A stretch of 62,090 nt of DNA from Candidatus Aenigmatarchaeota archaeon (GTDB lineage Archaea; Aenigmatarchaeota; Aenigmatarchaeia; GW2011-AR5; JAGGXF01). Position 1 is the stretch's first letter, and each line of letters starts with the position of its first letter. Below, piece by piece: positions 18,915-29,498 of this stretch. Made by a program: the position numbers and the translations under genes. The notes beneath the pieces are model-generated. The model ran no database searches. It was not told the origin of the DNA and worked only from the letters and a program-made list of their open reading frames with translations. The stretch is from positions 1 to 62,090 of the forward strand of contig JAGGXF010000014.1 of NCBI GenBank assembly GCA_021163205.1, read 5' to 3'.

Positions 18915-19736
18915 ATGAAAACAGAAGATATAAAGATTTGCGTATTGAGAATGGAGGGAACAAATTGCGAGCAAGAGATATATCAATGCTTCAAAAGACT
19001 TGGGACCCAACCTGAATTTGTTCATCTGAATCAGTTAACTGGCGAACATGAAAAAAGAAGTCTTTTAGATTATCAAGCACTTATAATACCGGGTGGGTTT
19101 TCTGCAGGAGACTATGTCAGAGCGGGTGCGATTTTTGCAGCCAGAATAAAAAGCAAACTCATGAAAGAACTCAAAAAATTTGTCGAAGATGGATATCCTG
19201 TCCTTGGTATTTGTAATGGTTTTCAGGTCCTGGTTGAAACTGGTCTGCTTCCAGCAACAGATGGCTATGTATCAGAATATCCGGAAGCTGTTCTGAATAT
19301 TAATGATTCTTTCAGATTCGAGTGCAGGCCTACTTTGATTAAGAATGTTAGCAGAGGGAAGTGTGTTTTCACAAAAAATATCGAAGGGGGACGAATCCTG
19401 AAAATACCCTGTGCACACGCAGAGGGAAAACTTATGTTCCCATCCGGAAAGGAAGATAAAATACTTCAAAAGTTGATAGATGCTGACCAGATAGTTTTCA
19501 GGTACGTAGACCCCGATGGCAATTACGCGGGATATCCTTGGAACCCAAATGGATCTGTTTATAATATTGCGGGTATATGTAATCGATATGGTAACGTTAT
19601 GGGTATGATGCCTCATCCAGAGAGGGTATTTTATAGATATATGCACCCGGATTGGACAAGAACTGAAGGAGATGAAAATGGGGATGGAAAAAAAATATTT
19701 GAATCTGTTGTAGATTACATAAGAAAAAAATTTTAG
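18915..19736 (+). CDS. purQ: FGAM synthase glutaminase subunit PurQ
   Basis: GTNCE, PGGFSAGD, GICNGFQ, NPNGS, MMPHPER motifs. Confidence 0.95.
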   Translation: MKTEDIKICVLRMEGTNCEQEIYQCFKRLGTQPEFVHLNQLTGEHEKRSLLDYQALIIPGGFSAGDYVRAGAIFAARIKSKLMKELKKFVEDGYPVLGICNGFQVLVETGLLPATDGYVSEYPEAVLNINDSFRFECRPTLIKNVSRGKCVFTKNIEGGRILKIPCAHAEGKLMFPSGKEDKILQKLIDADQIVFRYVDPDGNYAGYPWNPNGSVYNIAGICNRYGNVMGMMPHPERVFYRYMHPDWTRTEGDENGDGKKIFESVVDYIRKKF

Positions 19737-19746
19737 TGTGAATAAA

Positions 19747-21171
19747 ATGTGTGGGTTCATAGGAATAATAAAATTGAACGGGAAAGATGTGGCGGAAGAA
19801 CTTGTTACCGGTCTTTTGAGCATACAACATCGTGGGCAAGACTCGAGTGGTATCATAACATCAGACAGAAGCCGATTTCATATAAAAAAGAATGCTGGAT
19901 TGGTCAGCAATGTCTTTAGTAAAAGTGATGTAAAATCTCTTAAAGGAAATGTTGGTATTGGTCATGTTAGATATAGTACAATCGGTTTTGACATAGAAAA
20001 TGATTCTCAACCGTTTTTTGTCAACTACCCTTTTGGCATAGCATTGGCTCACAATGGAAATATAGCAAATTATGAAGAAATAAGAAGTAGCTTGGAAAAA
20101 GAATCCCACAGACAACTCACATCCAGATGTGACGCAGAACTCATACTCAATGTCTTTGCTGATGAAATGTCTAGAACTTCTGGCGATTTTTCCATAGGGA
20201 AGGTTTTTGACTCACTTGGCCCGCTGATGAAAAAACTGAATGGAAGTTATTCTGCGGTAGCTATCATAAATGGTCATGGTCTTTTAGCGTTTAGAGACCC
20301 GAACGGTTTAAGACCAATGATATTCGGTAAGAATGACTCAGGATTCATATTCGCGTCAGAAACTGTTGTATTGAACCTGCTTGATTATACATATATCAGA
20401 GATGTCAAACCAGGTGAAGCAATATTTATAGACAATAACGGAAAGATTCACTCTAAAATAATAGACGCTAGAGAAAAAACTCCCTGTATGTTCGAATGGG
20501 TATATTTTGCAAGACCAGATTCTACAATAGAGGGTAGGAGTGTGTACGATGTTAGACTCAGGTTGGGAGAAGAGCTCGCCAAGAGATGGGACAAAGATGT
20601 TGACGTGGTGATTCCTGTGCCAGATACCTCAAGAACAGCTGCTATGGGATTTGCAAAAGCAATTGGAGCAGAATATAGAGAAGGTTTGATAAAAAACAGA
20701 TACGTTGGAAGAACATTTATAATGCCTGCCCAAAAGAAGAGAGATAATGCAGTTAAGCTTAAACTCAATCCTATTACGTCGGAGATAAAAGGTAAGAAAA
20801 TAGCGCTTGTTGATGATAGCATAGTGAGGGGCACAACATCCAAAAGACTGGTGAGCCTCCTCAGAAAGTATGGCGCCAAAGAAATACATCTTGTCGTGAC
20901 GTGTCCTCCTATAAAATACCCTTGTTTTTATGGTATTGATATAGCCACCAGAAAAGAGCTCATAGCATCTGACAAAAGTGTTGAGGAGATAAGAAAGTTT
21001 TTAGGAGCAGATTCTATCACTTATCAGACAATAGAAGGGCTTAAAAGAGCAATTGGCATGAACTCAATATGTACAGCTTGCTTGACGGGCAACTATCCAA
21101 CCAATATAAGCGAAACAGATATTTCTCGTTTTGAAAAAATAAGAGAGGAGGAAAGATCTCGGGTGGTCTAA
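19747..21171 (+). CDS. purF: Amidophosphoribosyltransferase
   Basis: MCG N-terminus, QHRGQD, HNGN, VDDSIVRGTT, Fe-S cysteines (CTACL). Confidence 0.96.
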   Translation: MCGFIGIIKLNGKDVAEELVTGLLSIQHRGQDSSGIITSDRSRFHIKKNAGLVSNVFSKSDVKSLKGNVGIGHVRYSTIGFDIENDSQPFFVNYPFGIALAHNGNIANYEEIRSSLEKESHRQLTSRCDAELILNVFADEMSRTSGDFSIGKVFDSLGPLMKKLNGSYSAVAIINGHGLLAFRDPNGLRPMIFGKNDSGFIFASETVVLNLLDYTYIRDVKPGEAIFIDNNGKIHSKIIDAREKTPCMFEWVYFARPDSTIEGRSVYDVRLRLGEELAKRWDKDVDVVIPVPDTSRTAAMGFAKAIGAEYREGLIKNRYVGRTFIMPAQKKRDNAVKLKLNPITSEIKGKKIALVDDSIVRGTTSKRLVSLLRKYGAKEIHLVVTCPPIKYPCFYGIDIATRKELIASDKSVEEIRKFLGADSITYQTIEGLKRAIGMNSICTACLTGNYPTNISETDISRFEKIREEERSRVV

Positions 21172-22514
21172 TGAAAATTCTCTTAATTGGAAATGGTGCA
21201 AGAGAGCATGTTATTTTTGAAACCTTGGCTAGAAGTAAATATAAACCAAGACTCTATGCTGTGGTCGGTGCAAGAAATCCCGGTATATTAGAGCTATCCG
21301 AAGATTTTACTGTCGGTAAAGTGACTGATGCCGATCTCATACTATCATTTTCGAAGAAAAAGAATATTGATTTGGTTGTCATTGGACCAGAGGCCCCACT
21401 AGAAGCTGGCGTAACAGATGCTCTGGAAGATATTGGTATACCTTGCGTTGGTCCTTCCAAGTCAGCGGCGAGATTGGAAACAGACAAATCTTTTGTCAAA
21501 AATTTGATGGAAAAATATAAAACATCTGGAAGAATTGTATCAAAAGTTTTTGACGATGCTGACGAACTTTGCTCTTTTATAGACAGCTTTGGCAAGCCCG
21601 TCGTCATTAAGCCACTTGGTCTTACTGGGGGTAAGGGGGTCAAAATAGTTGACCCAAAACTCGATGGCCAACTAAAAAGCAATGAAGAGGCTAAGAAGTA
21701 TGGAAAAGAAATAATAGAGAAAGGAATAAGCGGATTTAACAAAGCTCTTGTTGAAGAAAGATTGGAAGGAGAAGAGTTCACCTTACAGGCATTCACAGAC
21801 GGCTCGGTTGTAAAACCAATGCCCCTTGTCCAAGACCATAAATTCGCATATGAGGGAGATAACGGACCATTCACTGGTGGTATGGGCTCCTATTCTGACT
21901 CAAACCACCTGCTACCTTTTATGACAGCCGAAGACAGAGACGCTGCAATAAAAGTTATAGAAGAAGTTGTAGCAGCAATGAGAAAAGAAGGGATTACATA
22001 CAAAGGTATAATTTATGGAGGTTTTATGCTCACAAAAGAGGGGCCAAAGATACTAGAATTCAATGCCAGATTTGGTGACCCAGAAGCCATGAATGTTTTG
22101 CCTTTGCTGGAAACGGATTTCGTGGATGTTTGCCAAGCTATAGTGAACAAAAAACTTTCTGATATAGATATAATTTTCTCGAATATGGCAACGGTTTGCA
22201 AATACGCTGTTCCGAAAGGATACCCGGAAAATCCTGTTACAAACCAAAAAATTGCCATTAAAAATCTGCCAAAAGATGCGCGCTTGTATTACGCATCTGT
22301 TGATAAGCGTCAAGATGGATTATATATGACAAGGTCCAGAGCAATCGCGTGTGTCGGTGTGGGAAAAACTTTAGAAGAAGCTGAAAAGATTGCACAGGCT
22401 GCTCTGACTAGTATCGACGGACCAATACACTATCGGTCCGATATAGGAACCAGAGCATTAATACAAAAAAGAGTAGAACATATGAAGGAGCTTCGCAATG
22501 AAGCAAAAAATTAG
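21171..22514 (+). CDS. purD: Phosphoribosylamine-glycine ligase
   Basis: GAREH, GPEAPL, GGKGV, QDHK, GPFTGGMG, NARFGDPE motifs. Confidence 0.96.
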   Translation: MKILLIGNGAREHVIFETLARSKYKPRLYAVVGARNPGILELSEDFTVGKVTDADLILSFSKKKNIDLVVIGPEAPLEAGVTDALEDIGIPCVGPSKSAARLETDKSFVKNLMEKYKTSGRIVSKVFDDADELCSFIDSFGKPVVIKPLGLTGGKGVKIVDPKLDGQLKSNEEAKKYGKEIIEKGISGFNKALVEERLEGEEFTLQAFTDGSVVKPMPLVQDHKFAYEGDNGPFTGGMGSYSDSNHLLPFMTAEDRDAAIKVIEEVVAAMRKEGITYKGIIYGGFMLTKEGPKILEFNARFGDPEAMNVLPLLETDFVDVCQAIVNKKLSDIDIIFSNMATVCKYAVPKGYPENPVTNQKIAIKNLPKDARLYYASVDKRQDGLYMTRSRAIACVGVGKTLEEAEKIAQAALTSIDGPIHYRSDIGTRALIQKRVEHMKELRNEAKN

Positions 22515-23079
22515 AGAAGAGATAAGAAAAAAACGGGAAGTCATGAACAGAGAAGATGTGTTCAGCAAGAGTTATACCATACAAGAAAAACTGAAAAAAA
22601 CCGCTGAGTTCAGGAATGCAAAAAATGTCCTATTTTACGTTTCAACAAAAAATGAAGTAGAAACGCATAGAATCATAGAAGAGCTTCTCAGTAGTGGAGA
22701 AAAAAATGTCATAGTACCGATAACCGACAAAAAGAACAAGATACTAAAGTTGTCTGTTATAAAAAGTTTTTCAGAATTGACTCCAAGAACACACGGCATA
22801 CTCGAGCCAGAAAACAAATTCATCAGGCCGATTGAACCAGAAAAAGTGGACCTTGTAATTGTTCCGGGAATTGCATTTGATAAAAGTGGAAACAGAATAG
22901 GTTCTGGACAGGGATATTACGATAAATTGTTAAATACAATGAAAAACACAAAGAAGGTCGGGCTTGCATTCGAGTTGCAGGTCATAGACGATATCCCTCA
23001 GGAAGACCATGATGTTCCGGTTGATATGATAATAACAGAAAAAAGAATAATAAAAGCCAATGAAAACGATAAGAAATAA
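22498..23079 (+). CDS. fau: 5-formyltetrahydrofolate cyclo-ligase
   Basis: GILEP, DLVIVPGIAFD..GNRIGSGQGYYD, HDVPVD motifs. Confidence 0.92.
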   Translation: MKQKIREEIRKKREVMNREDVFSKSYTIQEKLKKTAEFRNAKNVLFYVSTKNEVETHRIIEELLSSGEKNVIVPITDKKNKILKLSVIKSFSELTPRTHGILEPENKFIRPIEPEKVDLVIVPGIAFDKSGNRIGSGQGYYDKLLNTMKNTKKVGLAFELQVIDDIPQEDHDVPVDMIITEKRIIKANENDKK

Positions 23080-23094
23080 ATTAGAGGTGGTAAA

Positions 23095-24351
23095 ATGTTA
23101 GAATTTTTAGAAAAAACAGACCCAGAAATAGCACAAGCCGTTAGGAATGAACTTAAAAGAATTAGAAATGGTGTTGAACTCATACCTTCTGAAAATTTTG
23201 TAAGTATGGCGGTGTTAGAAGCGATGGGAACAATTTTTACAAACAAATATTCAGAAGGTTATCCCCATAAGAGATACTATGGTGGTAATGAGTTTGTTGA
23301 TGTTGTTGAAGAACTGGCGATCAACCGAGCTAAGAAACTGTTTGGTGCAGAGCATGTTAATGTTCAACCATATTCAGGAAGTCCAGCAAACATGGCATGC
23401 TTTTTTGCGCTTTTAGAACGCGGTGATATATTTATGGGTCTGGATCTGAGCTGTGGTGGACATCTGACACACGGAAGCCCTGTTAATTTTTCCGGGAAGT
23501 GGTATAGATGTATTCCTTACGCAGTTGATAGAGAAACAGAACTTATAGATATGGATGAGGTAAGAAAAATTGCGCTAAAGGCTAAACCAAAGCTAATATT
23601 ATCTGGACTCACCTGCTATCCAAGAACATTGGACTTCAAAGCTTTTCAAGAAATATGTGAAGAAGTTGGTGCTTATCATATGTCAGATATCTCACACATA
23701 GCAGGTCTGGTTGCAGCCGGAGTCCACCCAAGCCCTGTACCATTTGCCGATGTGGTTACAACAACCACACACAAGACCCTCAGAGGACCGCGAGGTGCAA
23801 TGATCATGTGTAAAGAAGAACATGCAACAGCCATAGATAAAGCTGTGTTTCCGGGAATACAAGGAGGGCCACATGACCACATAACAGCTGCTAAAGCTGT
23901 CGCATTTCACGAGGATCTGCAGCCAGAATTCAAGGACTATGCAAGACAGATAGTTAAAAACGCCAAGGTTCTTGCCGAGGAGCTCATGAGCCTGGGAATC
24001 AAACTTGTATCAAATGGCACAGACAATCATCTGATGCTAATAGACTTAACAAAAAAGAATCTGACAGGTAAAGGAAAAGCTGTCCAAAATGCACTTGAGA
24101 AGGCTGGAATATTCGTTAACAAAAACACGATTCCGTATGAACCAGCAACCCCTTTCAATCCGAGCGGTATAAGACTTGGAACACCCGCTATTACAACACG
24201 GGGTTTCAAGGAAAGCGAAATGAAAGTAATAGCAGAAGGTATTGCAACGGTCATTAACAACTATGAAGACGAGTCCAAGATAAAAAAAGTAAAAGAAGAT
24301 ATACTTGAACTGTGTAAAGAGTTTCCGCTCTATCCTGAACTAGGTGAGTAG
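23095..24351 (+). CDS. glyA: Serine hydroxymethyltransferase (THF-dependent type)
   Basis: [38 protein letters not shown] motifs. Confidence 0.96.
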   Translation: MLEFLEKTDPEIAQAVRNELKRIRNGVELIPSENFVSMAVLEAMGTIFTNKYSEGYPHKRYYGGNEFVDVVEELAINRAKKLFGAEHVNVQPYSGSPANMACFFALLERGDIFMGLDLSCGGHLTHGSPVNFSGKWYRCIPYAVDRETELIDMDEVRKIALKAKPKLILSGLTCYPRTLDFKAFQEICEEVGAYHMSDISHIAGLVAAGVHPSPVPFADVVTTTTHKTLRGPRGAMIMCKEEHATAIDKAVFPGIQGGPHDHITAAKAVAFHEDLQPEFKDYARQIVKNAKVLAEELMSLGIKLVSNGTDNHLMLIDLTKKNLTGKGKAVQNALEKAGIFVNKNTIPYEPATPFNPSGIRLGTPAITTRGFKESEMKVIAEGIATVINNYEDESKIKKVKEDILELCKEFPLYPELGE

Positions 24352-24404
24352 ATACCAAACCAAATAATAAAATGCAAAATAAAATGCAACAAAAAAGATG
24401 TAAA

Positions 24405-25076
24405 ATGTCAATAGAAGAAAATGTAAAAAAAATAAAGCAACTCATAAATGAGAAAAGTAAAGACAAGGTAACAATAGTTGCTGTCACAAAAGGTCGCTCA
24501 GAAGAAGATATAAAAAAAGCGATGGGTTGTGGTTTAGCTGTTTTCGGGGAAAATCGTGTTCAGGAAGCGATAAAAAAATGGTCAGAACTTAGAAAGTACC
24601 CAAACACATCGCATTACGAGCTACATCTTATCGGTCACCTGCAAAGCAATAAGGTCAGAAAGGCAGTAGAATTTTTCGATATGATAGAGTCTTTGGATAA
24701 AATGAAAACAGCCGAAAAAATTAACCGATGTTGTGGCGAGCTCGGAAAAAAGATGAACGTACTTATCCAGGTCAATATTGGCGAGGAAAAAACAAAATTC
24801 GGTGTTAAGCCAGAATTATTGATGAACTTTTTGAAGCAGGTAATAAAACTGAAGAACATAAATGTGAGGGGACTGATGACCATAGCACCGTACATTGAAC
24901 CGGAGAAAACAAGAATATACTTCAAAAGAATGAAAAAACTTTTCGATGAAGCGCAAAAAATAAAAGCAATGAACTATCTTTCCATGGGAATGACCAACGA
25001 TTTTATAATTGCTATAGAAGAAGGCTCAAACATGGTAAGAATTGGTAGAGGAATATTTGGTGAATATGGTGGCTGA
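24405..25076 (+). CDS. yggS: PLP homeostasis protein (YggS family)
   Basis: VAVTK, FGENRVQE, HLIGHLQSNK, LSMGMTND, VRIGRGIFG motifs. Alternative start 24372. Confidence 0.93.
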   Translation: MSIEENVKKIKQLINEKSKDKVTIVAVTKGRSEEDIKKAMGCGLAVFGENRVQEAIKKWSELRKYPNTSHYELHLIGHLQSNKVRKAVEFFDMIESLDKMKTAEKINRCCGELGKKMNVLIQVNIGEEKTKFGVKPELLMNFLKQVIKLKNINVRGLMTIAPYIEPEKTRIYFKRMKKLFDEAQKIKAMNYLSMGMTNDFIIAIEEGSNMVRIGRGIFGEYGG

Positions 25077-25926
25077 AATAATAGACGGTAAAGAAATTGC
25101 AAGAGAAATAGAAGAAAATATAAAGTCAGAAGTTGAAAAATTAAAGAAAAAATATGAAGCAAAGCCGTGCCTTTCTGTCATACTCGTGGGGGAAAATCCT
25201 GCATCAAAAATTTATGTAAGAAAAAAAGAAGAAGCATGTGGACGTGTCGGGATAGAATTTAAAAAGATAGAGCTGCCTGAATCTGAAGAGGAAGAAGAAA
25301 TTATAAAAATAATAAAAAAACTGAACAGCGATTCTAATGTAAGCGGTGTTCTTGTCCAGCTGCCTCTTCCAAGACATATAGATACAAAAAAAGTTATAGA
25401 TGTAATATCCCCGTATAAAGATGTAGACGGGCTGACCAAAGAAAATATGGGAAATCTTATTCTTGGTGATGAGAAAATATCGCCCTGCACACCGCTTGGT
25501 ATAATAAAAATGCTTGAAAAAATTGGAATTTCTGTCGAGGGAAAGGACGTAACAATAGTTAACCATAGCAATATTGTCGGCAGACCACTCGCTGCAATGC
25601 TTTTAAACAGGGGCGCAACCCCAACTGTGTGCCACAAAAAGACAAGAAACCTTAAAAAACATACATTAGAAGCAGACATAGTAGTAACAGCCACGGGAGT
25701 ACCGGGACTAATAAAAGAAGATATGATAAAAGACGGTGCTATCGTAATAGACGGGGGCATAAAAAAAATAGGAGAGAAGATTGTTGGTGATGTGGACTTT
25801 GAAGCCGTACGAAAAAAGGCATCTTACATAACACCTGTTCCTGGAGGGGTCGGACCGATGACTGTTTCGATGGTGCTTTTCAATCTTGTGCAGCTTTTCA
25901 AAGCACAACTAAGCAAACATATATGA
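25066..25926 (+). CDS. folD: Methylene-THF dehydrogenase/cyclohydrolase
   Basis: IIDGK, VQLPLP, KDVDG, PCTP, TPVPGGVGPMT motifs. Confidence 0.95.
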   Translation: MVAEIIDGKEIAREIEENIKSEVEKLKKKYEAKPCLSVILVGENPASKIYVRKKEEACGRVGIEFKKIELPESEEEEEIIKIIKKLNSDSNVSGVLVQLPLPRHIDTKKVIDVISPYKDVDGLTKENMGNLILGDEKISPCTPLGIIKMLEKIGISVEGKDVTIVNHSNIVGRPLAAMLLNRGATPTVCHKKTRNLKKHTLEADIVVTATGVPGLIKEDMIKDGAIVIDGGIKKIGEKIVGDVDFEAVRKKASYITPVPGGVGPMTVSMVLFNLVQLFKAQLSKHI

Positions 25927-25937
25927 GGTTGAGTAGA

Positions 25938-26522
25938 ATGAAACCAAAAACTGCCTTAATAAGTGTCTGGGACAAAACCGGACTTATCGAGCTTGGTAGA
26001 GGATTGAAAAAACTTGGGATAGAGATTATAGCAACAGGTGGAACTGCAAAACTGCTGAAAGAAAATAACATACCTGTCACGCCCGTAGATGAATACGCAG
26101 ACTACCCAGAGATGCTGGGCGGTAGGGTAAAAACAATACAGCCGAAGATACAGGGCGGTATTCTTGCTGTTAGAAACAACATGAATCATATGAAACAGTT
26201 GAAAGAGTATAATATCAAGCCAATAGATATTGTTGTATTCAACTTATACCCCTTCGAGCGGGTTGTGAATGAAGGTGCAAAGATTGACGAAGCATTGGAA
26301 AACATAGACATTGGAGGGCCAACATCGATAAGAGCGGCGGGAAAAAACTTCAAAAACGTTATAGTTATAGTGGACCCTGATGATTATGGGTGGGTAATAG
26401 AAATGCTTGAAAAAAACGGAGATCTGACCGAGAAACAAAGACTTAAACTTGCTATAAAGGTTTTCAAGCGCACATCAGAGTACGATAAAGCAATAAAAAA
26501 CTATCTTGAAAAACAAGTCTAG
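25938..26522 (+). CDS. purH: IMP cyclohydrolase (N-terminal half of PurH)
   Basis: ALISVWDK, TGGT, GGRVKT, NLYPF, ENIDIGGP motifs. Confidence 0.9.
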   Translation: MKPKTALISVWDKTGLIELGRGLKKLGIEIIATGGTAKLLKENNIPVTPVDEYADYPEMLGGRVKTIQPKIQGGILAVRNNMNHMKQLKEYNIKPIDIVVFNLYPFERVVNEGAKIDEALENIDIGGPTSIRAAGKNFKNVIVIVDPDDYGWVIEMLEKNGDLTEKQRLKLAIKVFKRTSEYDKAIKNYLEKQV

Positions 26523-26533
26523 GTTGGGATAGA

Positions 26534-27505
26534 ATGTTTGACGATGAAATTATACTAAAACTTAGAAAAATAAAAGACCTCAGATATGGAGAAAACTGGC
26601 ACCAGAAAGCTGCATTTTATTCTTTTTGTAACGATTTGTATGATGAAAAAAATATCACGTCTCTCGTTAACTCAGAGCAAATCCATGGAAAGGAGCTCTC
26701 TCTGACAAACATACTCGATCTGGATTCAGCTCTTGGCGTTGTCAAGCAATTCGACGAACCGGTTGTTGTTGTAATCAAGCACACAAACCCCTGCGGAGCT
26801 GCGTGTGCCGATAATATAACAGAAGCATTTGAAAAGGCATGGGCTGGTGACTCACTATCAGCATTTGGAAGTGTTGTCGGTTTTAACAGAAAAGTTGATG
26901 AAAAAACGGCAGAAAAGATGTCAAAAAGATTTATAGAGTGTGTAATAGCGCCAGACTTTGACGAAGATGCCCTTAAAATTCTCGAGAAGAAAAAGAACAT
27001 TCGCCTGATAAAAACAGGGCCCGTTGGTAAAGAAAATCCGAAAATAGATATAAAAAAAGTTTCGGGTGGTTTCATAGTCCAAGAATACGATAATCGTTCT
27101 CTTGAAAAAAAGGACTTGAAGGTTGTGACAAAGAAAAATCCATCTGAAAAAGAATTAGAATCGTTGTTGTTCGCGTGGAAAATATTGAAATTTGTAAAGT
27201 CCAACGCCATAGTTTTGGCAAAAAATAAGCAAGTTATAGGAGTTGGAGCAGGACAAATGAGTAGAATAGACGCGCTAAAATCTGCTCTGAGAAAAGCGAA
27301 AGAAATGGGATTCGACATAAAAAATGCTGTCCTTGCATCAGACTCTTTTTTTCCATTTAGAGACGCTGTTGATATGGCATCTGAGAACGGCATAACATCC
27401 ATAATGCAACCGGGTGGGTCGATAAGAGACCAAGAATCTATAGACGCGTGTAATGAGCATGGTATCAGCATGATATTTAACGGTGTCAGGTGTTTTAGAC
27501 ACTAA
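26534..27505 (+). CDS. purH: AICAR transformylase (C-terminal half of PurH)
   Basis: LRYGENWHQ, KHTNPCG, KSNAI, GAGQMSR, SDSFFPF, QPGGSIRD, RCFRH motifs. Confidence 0.92.
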   Translation: MFDDEIILKLRKIKDLRYGENWHQKAAFYSFCNDLYDEKNITSLVNSEQIHGKELSLTNILDLDSALGVVKQFDEPVVVVIKHTNPCGAACADNITEAFEKAWAGDSLSAFGSVVGFNRKVDEKTAEKMSKRFIECVIAPDFDEDALKILEKKKNIRLIKTGPVGKENPKIDIKKVSGGFIVQEYDNRSLEKKDLKVVTKKNPSEKELESLLFAWKILKFVKSNAIVLAKNKQVIGVGAGQMSRIDALKSALRKAKEMGFDIKNAVLASDSFFPFRDAVDMASENGITSIMQPGGSIRDQESIDACNEHGISMIFNGVRCFRH

Positions 27506-27557
27506 TTTATACATGGTAACATTTTGTTTTGATGTATAATATTTTCGAGGTGATTAG

Positions 27558-28169
27558 ATGCTAAATATAGGTGTTCTTGCTTCCACCAGAGGAACAGATA
27601 TGCAAGCCGTAATAGATGCGATAGAAAGGGGGGAATTAGACGCAAAAATATCTGTGGTCATCAGCAATAAAAAAGATGCATACGCGCTTGAACGTGCAAG
27701 AAAGCACAACATAAAAGCTGTTTTCCTCGAAGCAAAAGGAAAAGAAAGAGAAGAGTTTGACAGAGAAGTCGCAAAGATTTTAGATGAAAACGGAGTCGAG
27801 CTAATACTACTCATCGGCTATATGAGATATTTGAGCAAGTGGTTTGTTGACAAGTATAGAAATAAGATAATGAATATACATCCTAGCTTGTTGCCCGCGT
27901 TTGCCGGTGGAATGGACAAGAATGTTCATGCAGAGATTCTTAAATATGGTTGTAAGGTCAGTGGCTGCACCCTGCATTTTGTGGATGAAGGCGCTGATAC
28001 CGGTCCAATAATAGCACAGAAAGCTGTTCCTATAGAAGAGGGTGAAACAGTGGACTCACTTAAAGAGAAGGTTCAGAAAGCTGAGCAAGAAATAATAATT
28101 AAAGCGATCAAACTATTTGCTGAAAACAAACTAAAGGTTGAGGGTAGAAGAGTCAAAATATTACAATAG
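27558..28169 (+). CDS. purN: GAR formyltransferase (folate-dependent)
   Basis: STRGT, GYMR, NIHPSLLP, GCTLHFVDEGADTGPII motifs. Confidence 0.95.
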   Translation: MLNIGVLASTRGTDMQAVIDAIERGELDAKISVVISNKKDAYALERARKHNIKAVFLEAKGKEREEFDREVAKILDENGVELILLIGYMRYLSKWFVDKYRNKIMNIHPSLLPAFAGGMDKNVHAEILKYGCKVSGCTLHFVDEGADTGPIIAQKAVPIEEGETVDSLKEKVQKAEQEIIIKAIKLFAENKLKVEGRRVKILQ

Positions 28170-28208
28170 ATATCAACATAATAATTAACATAACAGTTCG
28201 GTGGGTTT

Positions 28209-29498
28209 GTGAGTTGCAGTGATTTAGAATATAAAAAAACTATAAAATATATAACGAGCCTTAATAAGTTCGGTATCAAGCTCGGACTCAGAAGAATCAA
28301 AAAACTTCTAGACGCTCTCGGAAATCCAGAGAAAGACTTCAGAGCAATACATGTTGCGGGGACAAACGGAAAGGGATCTGTCTGTGCAATGACTGCTTCT
28401 ATTCTCAGAGAATGCGGATATAAGACGGGCCTTTATACCTCTCCACATCTTATTGACTTTAGGGAAAGGATAGTCATAAATGGTAAAAAAATTCCAAAAA
28501 ACGATGTTTGTAAGCTTATGAAAAAAATCAGACAAGCTGCTGGAAAAATAAAAATACACCCAACGTATTTCGAGGTTATAACTGCTCTGGCTTTTAAATA
28601 TTTTTCTGAAGAAAAAGTTGATTTCGCAGTTGTTGAGGTGGGAATGGGTGGACGCTTCGATGCGACCAATGTCGTAGAACCAGAAGTATCTATCATTACA
28701 AACGTGTTTCTCGAACACACCGCTTACTTGGGTAAAACAATAAAGAAAATTGCAAAAGAGAAAGCAGGGATAATAAAAAATAAAAGGCCTGTCATAACGT
28801 CTGCGACCGGTGACGCAATAAAAGTTATAGAAAAAAAATGTAATGAAACAAAATCTAATCTGATTGTATTGAATAAAAAATCTTTCGTGAAAAAAAAGAT
28901 TGGACTTAAAAATCAAAGATTTGTTGTTTTTGGCCTGAATGGAAAGTATGATATAGAAACAAAACTCGTAGGACAGCATCAAATGTTAAATGCTTGCTGT
29001 GCTGTTGTTTGCGCTGAGTTGCTTGGTATCGATAAAAACAAAATCATAAAAGGACTTAAAAAAGCGTCCTGGCCCGGCCGATTCGAAACTATTCAGAAAA
29101 AGCCCACCATAATCCTGGATAGCGCACATAATCCAGATGGAATAGAAGCACTGAAGAAAACACTTTCAGAGATTTTTGGAGATAAAAAAATATTTTTTTT
29201 GGTTAGCATATGTTCTGATAAAGATATCAAAAAAATGATTAAAGAAATCTCGCCGCTGACGAAAGAACTAATCATAACAAGACATAATGTCATGAACAGG
29301 GCAGCAGAACCCGAAAAAATCAAGAGTATAGCAAAGAGGTACATAGACAAAATCACAATAAAAGAAGAGATCAAAGATGCGGCGAAATATGCGAAAAACA
29401 TAACCAAGGCAGAAGATGTGATATGTATCACAGGTTCTATCTTCACCGTGGCTGGATTCAAAAAGGTGTTAAATGGAGGTAGTTTTGATGGGAAATAA
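28209..29498 (+). CDS. folC: Folylpolyglutamate/dihydrofolate synthase
   Basis: HVAGTNGKGS, YTSPHL, EVGMGGRFDATN, WPGRF, DSAHN motifs. Confidence 0.94.
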   Translation: MSCSDLEYKKTIKYITSLNKFGIKLGLRRIKKLLDALGNPEKDFRAIHVAGTNGKGSVCAMTASILRECGYKTGLYTSPHLIDFRERIVINGKKIPKNDVCKLMKKIRQAAGKIKIHPTYFEVITALAFKYFSEEKVDFAVVEVGMGGRFDATNVVEPEVSIITNVFLEHTAYLGKTIKKIAKEKAGIIKNKRPVITSATGDAIKVIEKKCNETKSNLIVLNKKSFVKKKIGLKNQRFVVFGLNGKYDIETKLVGQHQMLNACCAVVCAELLGIDKNKIIKGLKKASWPGRFETIQKKPTIILDSAHNPDGIEALKKTLSEIFGDKKIFFLVSICSDKDIKKMIKEISPLTKELIITRHNVMNRAAEPEKIKSIAKRYIDKITIKEEIKDAAKYAKNITKAEDVICITGSIFTVAGFKKVLNGGSFDGK

